NCBI RefSeq assembly: GCF_018350175.1
Contig: NC_058368.1
Location: 97,280,001-97,344,000, forward strand
Origin: Felis catus
Taxonomy: Eukaryota
Direction: 5' to 3'
DNA: 64,000 nt
Shown: positions 39,653-53,266 of the stretch, piece by piece
Layout: the number at the start of each line of letters is the position of its first letter
How positions within the stretch are numbered: the first letter of the stretch is position 1
Made by a program: the position numbers and the translations under genes
Notes under the pieces: generated by a model
Seen by the model: the letters and a program-made list of their open reading frames with translations, nothing else
What the model was told of the DNA's origin: nothing
Databases searched by the model: none

Positions 39653-40699
39653 GATATAACCATTTTAGAAAACAGTCTGGCAGTTTTCCAAAGTTGCCAA
39701 AAAAATTTTTTTTAAGTTTAACATCACCTATCATATGAATCCAAGCATTCCATTACTAGGTGAACAACAACAACAACAAAAAAAAAAAACCATACATCCA
39801 TACAAAGATCTGTAATGAATGTGCACAGCCACTTTACTTGTAACAGCCCCAAACCTGAAAACGGCCCATCAACAGATGCCTGCATAAACAAAATGTAGTG
39901 TATCCACATAATAAAAAAGAATGGAGCTCTGGTAGATGCCAACAAGAATGAGTGGCGAAATCCTTATGCCAAGTGAAAGATGTCATACCAAAAAATGATT
40001 ATGAATGTATAATTATATTTGTATAAATTGCTAGGAAATGCAAGCTAACTGACAGTGGCAGAAAGATCACTGGCTGTCTGGGGATGGGGGCAGAGGGAGA
40101 TAAAGGAAGACAAAGCTTGAGAAAATTCGGTAGGTGATGGATATATGTTTATTACCTTCACTGTGATGATTTCACAGGTGCATACTATGCCAAAATTTAG
40201 CAAACTGGACACTTTAAACATGGGCAGTTCATTGCATGAGAGTTACAAAATAAAATTTAAAGGGGAAAGAGGATTATACATTCGCAAAATAAATACAAGG
40301 CAATGATACATGAAATTGTTAAGAGGCTTCATGGAAAGAAAGGTAACTATGTGCTGACTATTCTTAGAGGCATCTATTCACCACAAGGATCCTAACAAGG
40401 AACCTGTAGTGATGATGGGTTTATTGAGCTGCTAAGGACAAGTAAAATGTACCAGAATAGACCAATGCACTATGCTGAAGGCAGGTTAATGCAAATGATA
40501 CAGGACAATTCAAAAAACTACCGTTGCAGATTATGTACCTACTGTACTCTGACAGAGTGCAAAAAGAGAATGTGAAAAGGAAAATCAAGGACAGGGAGAT
40601 GGAAAGTGAACTTCCACAGCATGCTCTTCCTTTTGGTATCTACAAAAGATACCATAACAAATCTTCACAGAAAGTTGTCTTGCTATACATATTTCTAAT

Positions 40700-40926
40700 G
40701 TTTTTACATGTTTTATTTTTAGAGTTGGGAAGTAGAGACAGGAGTAAAGGGGGGGGGGGGGAGGGAGGCAGAGAAAGAGAGAGAGAGTACAAGAGAGAGA
40801 GAATGCTAAGTAGGCTCCACACTGTCAGCAAGGAGCCCAATGCAGGGCTCAATCCCACAACCCTGACAAGACCTGAGTCAAAATCAAGAGTCAGATGCTA
40901 AACCAACTGAGCCACCCAAGCACCCA
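40700..40926 (-). mobile_element. CAN-SINE (older subfamily)
   Basis: aaatcaagagtcagatgct...gagccacccaagcaccc. Confidence 0.87.
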
Positions 40927-41479
40927 TTGCTTTGTATGTATTTCTAAAAGATCAACAAGAAACTCCTGGGGAATAAAAATTCCAATTTCTGTTATTACTG
41001 AATGACTGTTTTTCCCATTCCTGATAAATGATTTTACAATAAAAATTCTCATTGTCAATGTAAGAATTCATAAGGAAAATGTATCTATTGTGTTTACAAC
41101 TATAAATATTTAAGATTTCATATAACCTGTTATTTTTAGTTTTCAGGTAAACCCAGGCAATGATGTTTTTCCATTAATGCAAAATAAAGTGAGACTTAGT
41201 ATATTCTTCAATGGATTCTCATCATATATTCATTTCAAATAAGAAGTTTTCTAAGTTAGATACACATTTTTAAGGGCATTTGCTTCTTCTAATGACTTCC
41301 ATCCTATACCACATACTGTATCTTACGTACTCAAATGTCCAAATTATCAACGAAACTATCTTCAATGTAATAACATTTTATGAAGAATGGTAATAACCGT
41401 GCTTCAATTTTTCTTAATCCCCAAAGCCATACACCAAGTTTTAAGATACTGCTCCTAGGGACATTAAGACTGTTTGCAC

Positions 41480-42147
41480 GGGAATGCAAGCTGGGTGCAG
41501 CCACTCTGGAAAACAGTATGGAGGTTCCTCAAAAAACTAAAAACAGAACTACCCTACGACCCAGCAACTGCACTGCTAGGCATTTATCCAGGGGATACAG
41601 GTGTGCTGTTGCGAAGGGACACATGCACCCCCATGTTTATAGCAGCACTATCAACAATAGCCAAAGTATGGAAAGAGCCCAAATGTCCATCAATGGGTGA
41701 ATGGATAAAAAAGATGTGGTATATATATATACAATGAAGTATTACTCAGCAATCAAAAAGAATGAAATCTTGCCATTTGCAACCACATGGATGGACCCGA
41801 ACCGGAGGGTATGATGCTAAGTGAAATTAGTCAGAGAAAGACAAACATCATACGACTTCACTCAGATGAGGACTTTAAGAGACAAAACAGATGAACATAA
41901 GCGAAGGGAAACAAAAATAATATAAAAACAGGGAGGGGGACGAAACAGAAGAGACTCATAAATATGGAGAACAAACTGAGGGTTATGAGAGGGGCTCTGG
42001 GAGGGGGGATGGGCTAAATGGGTAAGGGGCACTAAGGAATCTACTCCTGAAATCATTGTTGCACTATATGCTAACTAATTTGGATGTAAATTTTAAAAAA
42101 TTTAAAATAAAATTTAAAAAAAATTTTTAATAAAAAAATTTTAAAAA
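41480..42147 (+). mobile_element. 5'-truncated felid L1 (ORF2 C-terminus and 3' UTR)
   Basis: [24 protein letters not shown]...KCPSMGEWIKKMWYIY; close match to the copy at 9932. Confidence 0.93.
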
Positions 42148-42382
42148 TCTACAGAGACAACAAATAGAGCAGTGAGTTGCCTGCATTGGGGAACAGGGGA
42201 AATGGGAAAGTGACTGCTAAGGGATACAGAACTTGTCGGGGGAAGGAACCCCAGAACATGAAAACACTGTGGAGTATGACAGTGGTGACAGGCGTACAAC
42301 TCTGAATGTGTACTAAAATCCACTGGATTGTACACTGCGAAGGGCTAAGTTTAAAGGCTGTGAATTATCTCGGTGGAAAAAT
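42148..42382 (+). mobile_element. Old L1MB-like terminal fragment
   Basis: tctacagagaca...gtgactgctaagggatacag...ccactggattgtacact...tgtgaattatctc. Confidence 0.65.
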
Positions 42383-42390
42383 ACCTAGTA

Positions 42391-42552
42391 CAGCAGCGCT
42401 TCTCACACTTTAACATGCACCAGAATTATCTGGGTAGCTTATTAAAATGAGGATTCTGAGTCATGCGCAAGTGGGAGCTTCTATTCTGCATTTCCCACAA
42501 ATCCCCACTGACGCCCGTGTTGCTGGCCCATGAAGCGCACTGTGACAAGGAA
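42391..42552. mobile_element. MER5A-like hAT MITE
   Basis: cagcgcttctcacactttaacatgcaccagaattatctggg...ttctgcatttc..acaa..ccc...gctggcccatg. Confidence 0.65.
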
Positions 42553-43033
42553 GGAGGAGCACACCTTGCACCATCTGCTGCTGTACACGTCTACCTGACT
42601 TAGTTTACCTGAGAACTGCAAGGTCTTCAATTTAGTTAGGCACCAAGTCAGACCAAATGATCTGTGACACAAAATCATAAATTTAGGTCAATTTTAAAAG
42701 AAATGCAATCCAAATTTTTCTTAATTAGCATATTCTAGGGCTAGCCTGATATATACTGAGTTACAGTGCAGGAGAAGCAGATCACACGCCTGGTTCTTCC
42801 CCATAACTGGCCGCAACTTCCAAGGACTCATTGTTTGACTGGCTTGTAGCTTCCTCCTTTGTGAAACACTTAAAGATTTACAAATCTTTAAGATTCCTTC
42901 CGGTTCCAAATTTACATTATTAGCTGCCAAGGGATTTGAGAATTTCTCCCAGGAAGACAAGTAAGTTCACAGTTAAGAACTTAATGACGAACAGACAGAA
43001 GCAGGGAGGCAAGGAATTTCATGCAAAGATTTC

Positions 43034-43275
43034 TTTTTTTTTTAATTTGTTTTCTTTTTTTAAGTAAGCTCTAGGCTCAACATGGGGCTTAAACTCATGA
43101 CCCCAAGATCAAGAGTTGCATGCTGTACCAGCTAAGCCACCCTGGGGAATCCCAAGCAGGCTCCACGCTGTCAGCACAGAGCCCAATGCAGCGCTCAAAC
43201 TCATGAACAATGAGATCATGACCTGAGCTGAAATCAAGAGTCAGACACGTAACAGACTAAGCTACCCAGGAGCCC
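43034..43275 (-). mobile_element. Composite of a short CAN-SINE and a tail-less CAN-SINE
   Basis: Two SINE heads in series, joined near 43147. Confidence 0.8.
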
Positions 43276-43969
43276 CTCTGATAATTTTCTTTAAATTACC
43301 CTTTTACATATAGCAAGATCACAGTTCCTGGGAATTCACATTCCACTACCTGGAATCGCACAACCAATAGAAGCATGTTAACTCAAGTTCTGTATGTAAA
43401 TATAATGCCATTTACAACGTTGGAGACAAGCCTCAGGGTCCATGTGTACCCAAACACCCCAAAACATGAGCCGGAAGAGACCCAGAGGTATGGATATAGT
43501 CTGTCATCAAAATTACGAATGATATGCAAAGATCAAAAAAATTAATCACTGACATAATAAACCTCTGGCATTCTGCATTTAACATTCAACTCTTCTTACT
43601 ATGCCCCAAGGATACTGAAGTTTCATGACATGAAATACTTACTGTGCTATGGCACTAATTTAAAGCACATTTATTAGAAGATACGGTACAAAAGTCACTT
43701 AACAAACAGTAAGTAAAACAGGCTATTCAGAATCTAGGTCTCAAGGAGGCTGTCATGTGCCCTAGTTTTTGCGAATCTTTTACACATTACTCTGTGAAAT
43801 TAAAAAAAAAAAAAAAAAAGAAGCCTGTTTCTTTTGAAAAGGAAAAGGGTATTAAAAAGTAAGCCTACTCCCAATGCTGGTGCTGGTGACAGAAGTAAAG
43901 AAAACTAAAAAAAAAAAAAAAAAAAAAAAGAAAACTGAAATTTTGGATAAAATTAAAAAGATAACCTGA

Positions 43970-44188
43970 AGGGGTCCCTGGGTGGCTCAGTTAGTTAAGC
44001 GCCAGATTCTTGGTTTCAGCTCACGTCATGATCTCAGGGTTTCATGAGTTCAAGCCCCGTGTCAGACTCTGTGCTGACAGTGTGGAGCCTGCTTAGGCTT
44101 CTGTCTCTCCATCTCTCTCAGCCCCTCTCTCACTCGTACTGTCTCTGTCTCTCTCAAAATAAACAAATAAACTTAAAAAAAAAATTTT
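43970..44188 (+). mobile_element. CAN-SINE
   Basis: TSD aagataa(c/t)ctgaag. Confidence 0.9.
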
Positions 44189-44199
44189 AAGATAATCTG

Positions 44200-45175
44200 A
44201 AGAAAACAAAGACCCAAAAATTTTAAAAGGTATCTGCAAGCCCATGTTCCCTGCAGCATTATTTACAATAACCATGATAGGGAAACAACTTCAGTGTCTA
44301 TAGATGAATAAATCCATAAGGAAAATACGGTATGTACATATACATGCACATATATATATACACACATACACGTATACATATATACACATATATATACATA
44401 TACATATATATACACACACACACACACACACGCACACACATACACGCACATAATGGATATCATTCAGCCATTAAAAAAAAGAAATCTTGGAGCACCTGGG
44501 AGATCAGTCATTAAGTGTCCAACTTCAGCTAGATCATGATCTTGTGGTTTGGTGCGTTCAAGCTCCTTCTAAGGCTCTGTGCTTGACAGCGTGGAGCCTG
44601 CTTTGCATTCTGTGTCTCCCTCTCTCTCTCTATCCCTCCCCGGCTCACACTCTGTCTTCCTCTCTCAAAAATAAACATTAAAAAAAAAAATTTTTTTTTT
44701 TTTTTTAAGAAAATCTCATCCTTTGAAACAACACGGATGGACCTTGAGGGCATGAGGCTAAGTGAAATAAGTCAGGCAAATAAAGACAATAACCTCACTT
44801 ATATGTGGAATCTAAAATAAATTCATTTTAAAAAATGAGCTCCAGACACAGAGAAGAGATCTGGGGTTGCCAGAGGTGAAGGATGGAGGGGAGATGAAAT
44901 GGGCGAGTGGGATCAAAAGGTACAAGCTTCCAGTTATAAAATAAGTAAGTCACGGTGATGGCAGCTACACTTAATAATACTGTATTGTACATTTGAAAGT
45001 TGCTAAGAGAATACATCTTAAAAGTTCTCATCACAAGAAAAAAAATTTTGTAACTATGTTGACAGATACTAACTAGACTTAGATCATTTTACAATCAATA
45101 CAAATATCAAAGCATTATGTTGTACAGCTGAAACTAATATAATATTACATTATCAATTATATCTCAGTAAAAAAA
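44200..45175 (+). mobile_element. L1MA9-like 3' end with nested microsatellite and SINE
   Basis: gcagcattatttacaata...ggatggaccttgagggcat...tttgaaagttgctaagaga...tgtacagctgaaactaatataat. Confidence 0.85.
44489..44706 (+). mobile_element. CAN-SINE nested in L1
   Basis: TSD-like aagaaatct / aagaaaatct. Confidence 0.87.
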
Positions 45176-45841
45176 TAACAGGATAATGATGACTCTGAAT
45201 TTGGCAACAGATTAGACATATAACATAAACCAGTTTATAATAGGTCCATGTAGACACAAGAAACAGTTTTCATGAAAATGTTTTAGTCCCTGAGTGGTCC
45301 CAACAGTGCTCTGCTTATCAAATGAGAAATTCAGCGCTAGTGAAGTTTTAAGGCTGGAGAGCAAGAATATGCAAATAAGTCACTGGAAATAAGTTTATGA
45401 AAAAGGCTGGGAGCCTCCACAAACATTTCCATCTTCACCTTGGATTTATTCATAGCCAATGTCAAGAATCTCCTGTGTAAAATTCCTCCGAGGGAAGAGA
45501 TTCACTGCCAAATGGTCTGGATATATTAGAAACACAGATTAAAATTAAGAGACTAATTTAATGGCAGAATATTACAATTCTTTCAGTCCTCAAATAGGTA
45601 ACTATGAAGTTTACATATGGTTATTTTATTTGGGGGGAAAAAACTGTGTATTTTTTATGTAAAGAAAGCAATACTTTGGACTTTAATTCTATTTTTTTTC
45701 TTTCTGCCATTTTTTCTTATGCACTTATAACAAAATTTTTATACTACTACAGAAACTGAATGGATCAGCTAAACTAAGAGTAACTGTGAACACAAATTTA
45801 TCCAAAAAGCAGGTAAGTGGAAATAAGTGTACTGATGGTGT

Positions 45842-45878
<37 letters not shown>

Positions 45879-46109
45879 CAAATTACATTTAGAAATAAAA
45901 TCTAATCAACTTATGTTATTTATAGATTGGGAAACCTAGGCAAGAACTAAAGTTTCATGTCATATTTTACATTTTTGTTTTTCCCTTGCCGAACAAGACC
46001 ACAAGAAAGAATTATGAAAATATTTCTATACAGTACTAATTTTGAATGAATCAAGAAATATCTATAAACAAACATACTTTCATAAGTAAACAACTGATGT
46101 ATAATAGTC

Positions 46110-46545
46110 TGGTTATCTATAAATTTTTTGTCTGCCCATCCATGCCTTTAAATAGTCCTGATAACAACATCCCAAGTCCTTGAAGAAATTTCCAGATTCA
46201 TGTGGTCCTGCTGTCAACAGTGGTACCACCATTCACCCCTACATCAACAGTAGGGGGATTCTGCTCTGGGGAAGAGAAATCACCTCTCTGTTAAGATAAA
46301 TAAAGCCAAGGGGAGACCAATCTGCTGCTTTCCACAGACGTCTTTCAGCAGCAGGGAGGAAGTCCATTCTGTGTAAGAGATAATTCAAGCTAACACAAAA
46401 GGAAACAAACCTCCAAAACAGAGAGCTGCTTGAGAACCAGATCTAGGCAAGTATGAAGCTGCAACTACCCATTCTGAACTTCCCCATTACATGACCTGTA
46501 TACTTTGCTTTTTTGTTTGAGTTAGAGATGGACTTCTGTCATTAA
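46110..46545 (+). mobile_element. Old ERVL/MaLR-type LTR remnant
   Basis: 3' end tgaacttccccattacatga...tttgagttagagatggacttctgtca. Confidence 0.4.
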
Positions 46546-46844
46546 TTACTCATGAATGATGCATGTTACCTATAGCTTAAGTGTATTCACTTATTAAAGC
46601 AGGGCCACTGGGAAAGTCTATTGTGTAATAAAATTGTTTTCCAGAAAAGCTGGGGAACAGTTACTAATTAAATAAAAATCATTACATATGAATGGGAAAT
46701 TTTTCAAGAATGGGAAAATATATTTAAAAAAAGCAATTTAGTGTTACAGAAGGTAGTTCAGAACTTATTACCAAACCACTATAATTATCAGTATCACTTT
46801 ATAGATGTCTAAAGATATTTCCATTTTAAAAAATCAATCCCATT

Positions 46845-47071
46845 GGGACACCTGGGTGGTTTAGTCGGTTGAGCATCCAACTTCAGCTCAGATCATGATC
46901 TCACAGTCTGTGAGTTCAAGCCCCATGTCGGGCTCTGTGCTGACAGCTGACAGCTCAGAGCCTGGAGCCTGTTTCAGATTTTATGTCTCCCTCTCTCTGC
47001 CCCTTCCCTGCTCATGCTCTGTCGCTCTCTGCCTCTCAGAAATGAATAAACGTTAAAAAAATTTTTTTTTT
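46845..47071 (+). mobile_element. CAN-SINE
   Basis: TSD aaatcaatccc; internal gctgaca duplication. Confidence 0.92.
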
Positions 47072-48451
47072 AAATCAATCCCTTTTTCATCTCAACTTAC
47101 CTATCCATCTGTGTATATGTATGTGTATGTATGCAGATAAAAATCTTTTTTTTTTTTTTCAGAAAGAGTAAATGTACATATTTCACTGGTTTTTGCAACA
47201 ACTTCCAGAAACATATTTTGTCAAACCAACCCACACTCATGTTTGGGCTGGGTATTGTATGACACTCTAAAAAGCCATACGTATTATTATTCCTAAGATG
47301 ACCCACATTTCCCATGTCTATTAAGATGAAACTATCTCAAAATATACACATTTTTGTAAATTGTGTTGGGCTTTAAATTACTATTTTTTTTTATTTCGGG
47401 CCAAAAAAAAAAATATTTAGGAAAAGACATTCTTGCTAGAACTAGCAACATTTCAATTTCAAAAAGTAAATTTAGATATCTATTCCTTACTCTCAAAGGG
47501 CTCAGAAAAGTATAAAATACACAGAGAGAGACTGATAAGGCAAATAATGCATAATGTTAAAACTTAAGGGCATTTGAGGGATGTCTGTATTATTCCTGGA
47601 TAATACAGGATGTTTTCTGGACGTCTGAACCTCTTTCAACATAAAGGTTAAATTATGATTTTTATAAATACATTTATTTTCTCTTTTGTGAACTTTGTTT
47701 TCATATGTATGGCCTTTTTTTTTTTTTTAAGATTTTCACCTTCACCTTATTCATTTGTAAGAAATCTAAGCTTATGAAGCTTTTATTGGATTCACAGTTT
47801 TCCAGAAAACCATCTGCCTTTCACTTTAGTTTAAGGTGGTATTCTCCCCCGTGTACTCAAATCTATTTAATGTTTCCTTTAAGCATTTTATTTTATCAGA
47901 TGGTTGTAATATATCCTTTTCAAGGGTAAACAAATATCCACCTATATTTGCTTCTGGTTTGGGAAAACATGAAAAGGAAAAAGTGATAAAAAACATACAG
48001 CACAGTCAGACTGAGGAAACTATTTAATTTACCTATTTCCTTATCCGCTACTCAATTTAAAGAAGAAAACAGGTTTGGTAAATAATAAATTTTAAAATAT
48101 CTTTTAATCTTTTTACGGTGACTTTGTAGTTTATTTCTATGGCATTCACGTAGCTACCACAAAATGAAAGATGAGAGACACAGACATAGCATAAGCATGC
48201 AGAAGAGGAAAAACAATTCAAATATTTTCACGAAGACATTTTACAGATACAAGACTTTCATTAAACTTTCCTTGTATATTGGGCAATATCTAATTGTAAT
48301 ATGAACACAAATTTTGCTAAAATGTGACACAACCTAACAGCAACTATGCCTTTAGGAGTTGGTTCTTGTGGAACACAGAACACTTAAGAAACCAGATAAA
48401 CCTACAGAAGCTATCCTAGGTAAGTATCCTCGATGGAAGCTTCCCTTTTAG

Positions 48452-48695
48452 AAGCATCATGCCACTTTGGATAAGACCACAGTCTTTGGCTCGAAACTAG
48501 ATGGGTTGAAATTGCTCTGCTGTGAAACAGTTATGTGATCTAATACAAACTATTTAAGACATCTGCACCTCAGTTTCCTTACATGTTACCTAAGACAGTA
48601 ACAATCCTTTGAGGAAGATTTAAACAAGTTAATACATGGAAAACACCTGGAATTGGGACTGGCCCATTCAAAGCACTCAACACATTAGCTATTTT
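48452..48695 (+). mobile_element. MIR
   Basis: MIR core tctgcacctcagtttccttacatgt...gcactcaacacattagctatt. Confidence 0.7.
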
Positions 48696-49835
48696 TTTGA
48701 ACTATTTTTGCATAGTTGAGTCTCATTTAAAAACCGTACCTGCATTTTAACCAAAGGGAATGAAAACTACAAAGAATTTGAGATTAGATTGTCAGCATCT
48801 ATTATTATTATCTTAGAATAAAAAAATCTATTAAAATCTATATTATTTTTCACTAAGTGCATGTCTTGTTATATATACAACAGAGCAGATAAATACACAA
48901 AACTACAGGAAAGGTAGAGATAACTTCATTTAAAAGACTGAACGGAAGCTTCTCATACACCTTGTTCAGTATCAAACACCCATAGATGACAAAAACAAAA
49001 GTATAAAGAAAAATGCAAATAACAAACCTTAAAAAGGGAAATATTTTCATCATTTGAAAATGTGAATTTTTTATCATCACAGAAAAGATACAAAAAATTG
49101 CCATGTACTAACCCACATAGAAATCATAAACATATTCAAAATATTGCAGGCAACCTTCTTTTATCACAATCTAACAAAATAAGAAATAAAAATAAAATAG
49201 GGACAAAAGTGTTGTTAATGCATGAGAATTAAGAAGTCATTGATAATCCATGGATAGAAAGAAATCAACACAAATTACAAATTATATCAATGCTATAAAT
49301 ACAAACATACATCAACCCCAAACTATAGGATACAATGAATGTTACACTAAGAAGAAATATGGCAGCCTTCTCTCCCTTTATTATTAAAGAAGGGACTCAC
49401 CTTAGTAAAGGAACATGGTACACAGTAAAACCTTACAAAAACAGAACAAGCTGGAAAAGATGAAAGAAAGTGATCAAGATAAAAGTACAAATGAAGGAAA
49501 TAAGAATGAAGTATAACAGCCATCAAAATAGTCTAAAGGCTAATACTTTTAAAAGCTAAATAAAAAGGTAGAAACATCTTTTGAACATGCTCATGGGGAG
49601 AAAAAGTGAGAGTATATGATTAGAAAGGAGAAAGGACATATTCAGAATAAATTAAAATAAGTTATTTAAGAAAACATTCAGGTATATATCAGGCAATTTG
49701 TTAACTCAGGTGAAAAATAAATAATTCCCCCAAAAAAGATAAAAGTTATTTAAAAAGTGAACCAAATAGAAGAAGAAAGTTTGAATAATTTCCATAAGAG
49801 TTTGAAAGAAGAGTTTAAAAGTTATTATGTTTAAA

Positions 49836-50048
49836 TTTTTTTTTTCAACGTTTATTTCTTTTTGGGACAGAGAGAGACAGAGCATGAACGGGGGAGGGGC
49901 AGAGAGAGAGGGAGACACAGAATCGGAAACAGGCTCCAGGCTCCGAGCCATCAGCCCAGAGCCTGACGCGGGGCTTGAACTCACGGACCACGAGATCGTG
50001 ACCTGGCTGAAGTCGGACGCTTAACCGACTGCGCCACCGAGGCACCCC
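49836..50048 (-). mobile_element. Young CAN-SINE (SINEC_Fc)
   Basis: Perfect TSD aaaagttattatgtttaaa; CpG-rich. Confidence 0.94.
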
Positions 50049-50274
50049 AAAAGTTATTATGTTTAAAAAGACCAGGACCAGGGGGTTTCACCTATAAGTT
50101 CCATCTAATTTTTAAGAAGCAAGGCATTCCAATATTATTCAAACTATTCTAGGCCATGGAAAAATATTAAAATCTCTCCTATTCATTTGGTAAAGTTAAG
50201 ATCATCTTCATAACCAAATCTGGTAATAAAAGTACAAAAAATATACAAATTATAATTCAATGCCATATATATAA

Positions 50275-50496
50275 TTTTTTTTACTTTTTTTAATGTTTAT
50301 TTTTTAGAGAGAGGGAGAGACAGAGCACCATCAGGGGAGGGGCAAAGAGAGAGGGAGACACAGAATCTGAAGCAGGCTGCAGGCTCCAGGCTCTAAGCTG
50401 TCAGTACAGAGCCGGATGCAGGGCTCGAGCTCAAGAACTGCCAGATCATGACCTGAGCGGAAGTCACACACTTAACTGACTGAGCCACCCAGGCAG
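50275..50496 (-). mobile_element. CAN-SINE
   Basis: SINE body on the minus strand. Confidence 0.9.
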
Positions 50497-51044
50497 TCCA
50501 AATGGCATTTAATAAAATATAAGATTTGGCCATCTATCAAAAGGATAATATATATGATCAAGTGGACTTCATTCCAAGAACAAAAGAATGGCTCAATACA
50601 AGATATGTATCATCATCAACAAATTGAGGGATAAACTAATTAAAATAATAAATGAAAATTCAGTCATTCCTAACAAGAAGAGGGTATTTAGTTACCAAAT
50701 AGAAGTATTTAAACATAACACTTAACAAAAACATTAATTCACATAGAAATAATTAGTCCTTACACTTCACTAATTAAATGTCTGAGATACTCTTAATATA
50801 GTCAAATACCTTAACTATGGTGAAGTTTGGTGGTAAGAATTGAGAAAGATGAACAAATTTCAAATTTTCCACATATATATATATCAAACACACACAAGCA
50901 TATACATATCTGTGTACATGCATTCACGCACATAAATACTATCAAATACGTATATAAAAATGTAAGTGTGATCCCTCACAGAAAGCATATACAACATACA
51001 AAATTACACAATTGCATTTGTTCTATGTTAAAATACTAGGTTAC

Positions 51045-51237
51045 CTGTTTGGGCAGGCGGAACAAAGAATTCTTATAGAAAATGTCCTTAGCCTGGCTCC
51101 ATGTACCATCAATGATGATGATTGTGGAAGGATAAATAGGAGAATCTAATATAAATTCTTCCAAATTAGCAGCTTCAGCCCCTGGATATAATATTAATGT
51201 ATCAGACTTCCGACAAACAGTTGAAAGTTCAGGATCT
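51045..51237 (-). CDS. DTWD2: DTWD2 internal coding exon (probably exon 4), 193 nt, carrying the DXTW motif
   Basis: tttaatttttag|A GAT CCT...AAA CAG|gtaacc. Encodes [64 protein letters not shown], with the LYP and DGTW signature motifs of the DTW domain. Confidence 0.97.
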
Positions 51238-51429
51238 CTAAAAATTAAAAAAAAAAAAAATCATTAGTAGTTTGTGAAGGGAAAGAAGTTTTATTATTCT
51301 TAGTGTGCTTCCTTCAAAAATATACACCAAAGCATTTTGGTACTGGAGATGTAATAAGGAAAGAGACAGCCACTGTCTGGAAGTAACAAAACACCCTCGA
51401 AGGGAAGGAAACAAGTTAAAGAGTCAATT

Positions 51430-51830
51430 AAAGATAATTAATGGCATCTTCTTCAAACTGATAAATGGCATCCACAAAAATGTACAGCCAACATCATATT
51501 TAACAACGTCCCCTGAGACTGGGATCAAGGTAAAAACGCTGGCTTTCACCACTCCTAATACATATTGTACTAAAGCTTCCAGTTACTGCAATAAAGCAAG
51601 AAAAAGAAGTAACAGGCATAAAGGTCAAAATGACCTTATCTCTAGATATGCTATCTCCACACAAAGTTCTAGGGGTAAGCTACAGAACAATTTCAATAAA
51701 TACCAAATGAATTTAGAAAGTCACTGGGGGTTGATACATAAAACCCACCTGTTTTCCAATATACTAGAGGCCAAAAACTGAAGACCAGCATTTTTAAATT
51801 CCATTTACAAAGGACACCAAAAGCAGTAGG
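51430..51830 (+). mobile_element. Old L1M ORF2 fragment
   Basis: aaactgataaatggcatccacaaaaatgtacagccaacatcata...tgcaataaagcaagaaaaagaa. Confidence 0.6.
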
Positions 51831-53263
51831 TCTCTGAACGATTCCTCATGGTTACATCATGTACTCTAACAAAAGCTTAAATTAATCACTCCATTGCCAG
51901 ATTAATATTAAATCAATAATCTTAATTGGCTTTCATTTAAGAGCCATCAGCAAATAATAATTTCCTGAATAAGCACTACATCACGCACTTAATATGGTTC
52001 AAAATGGGATGAGCTATCTGAAAAAGGGTCAAGTTTCTCATCCAGAAACAAATTTGTGGACAGGTCAGACGGCCAAATGTCAAGGATGACCCAAATAGTT
52101 GCTATTTCTACCACTATAAATGCTCACCACTTTTGCGATTAATTAGATCCAAGCTGCAGTTGGATCAAGTTGGGATAGATCTATATTCACCCAAGAATTA
52201 TAGAGAAACAAACTATCATTCATTATAAAGAGTCTCTATATGAAAGAAGTGTCACAATGGAAATGATGTGGACACTCCCCCATGTGAAGAGTTCTGGTTT
52301 TCACTTCCATTCCCAGCCAAATGGCAAAATTCCCAACAGCAGCACTAAGCCCAGAGCAAATCTCACCTCTGAGGGCAAGGCAATGAAAAGCTTGCATAAG
52401 AAAATATTATATGAGAAAGTGTTCTTAAACAATAGTTTCAGAGAAGGGAAAACACAATTTTATAAAACTCTAACATGATGTTATTTTCATAATATGAAGC
52501 CAAATAATAAAGGAACCCAAAACAATAAAGGAAGGAAAAAGTCTGGTCACTTCCCTGAGCCTGGAGCCAGTATGAGTCTTACTTACTCTTTTGAAATCTT
52601 CATATTTTCAAAAGTTAAATTTTGTATGAAAGTAGATTTAACTGTGTTAGATAGGATCAGAATAATTTGTGAAGGCTTTGTGAATGGGCAGAAAAGCAAA
52701 AAAAAAAAAAAAATGCTTCAAAGTTAAAAAAAGACTTGTAGAAAAATTTAAATATATAATATATAATTTATATTTTTTGATAATGGGTTATATAATAGAG
52801 TATGAAATAAGATCCAAGAACATTATAGAAGTGTCAGTGAAGTTATCAACTAATGGGCTACTGTCTATAAAAAATACTGGGCTTCATCAAAAAGAATATT
52901 TTAAATATGACAGGAGAAGGCATTCTATCCTTTAAAAAAACATGACATGCTGTAACAAGAATACTAAATATAGTACTAGTCGCTCTGCCTTAGAAAGCTT
53001 TAATGGTCTAAAAATGGATAAATATGTGTTTATTTACATAAATGTATATCATATATAATTGTTAATTAAAAAAAGAAAAAACAAAACTAAATCTAATACA
53101 AGTACTCTATCATCCCAAAGGCAGTTTTAACCAAAATGAAATAAACAGGAAAATATGCCTTTAAAAGGCTCAACATATATTACTATGGAATTCAGATAAT
53201 CCCTTTGTCTATTGCACTCTGGCTCATGTTTTTTGAGGGTCTTTTTGTTTGCTTTGATTGTCT

Positions 53264-53266
<3 letters not shown>

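Larger units (their letters stand above)
38600..40260 (+). mobile_element. Old L1MC-like 3' region interrupted by three SINEs
   Basis: ttcatcaaaattaagaaattttg...aaatgggcagaagatctgaa...ggcaaacaagcacatgaaaaga...ggtgatggatatatgtttattacctt. Confidence 0.8.
49250..50700 (+). mobile_element. Highly decayed L1M ORF2 fragment, interrupted by SINEs
   Basis: accaggaccagggggtttcac...ttcaaactattc...atgatcaagtggacttcattccaagaa. Confidence 0.5.
1..51044 (-). other. DTWD2: Long DTWD2 intron following the DGTW exon; runs off the left edge
   Basis: Starts at the GT donor at 51043-51044. The next expected exon (VQLKTS...LSTLEC) was not found by eye in the window. Confidence 0.8.

Noticed and set aside
51305..51781. 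158-aa plus-strand ORF next to exon 4
   Set aside because: Overlaps decayed L1M sequence; no recognisable protein.
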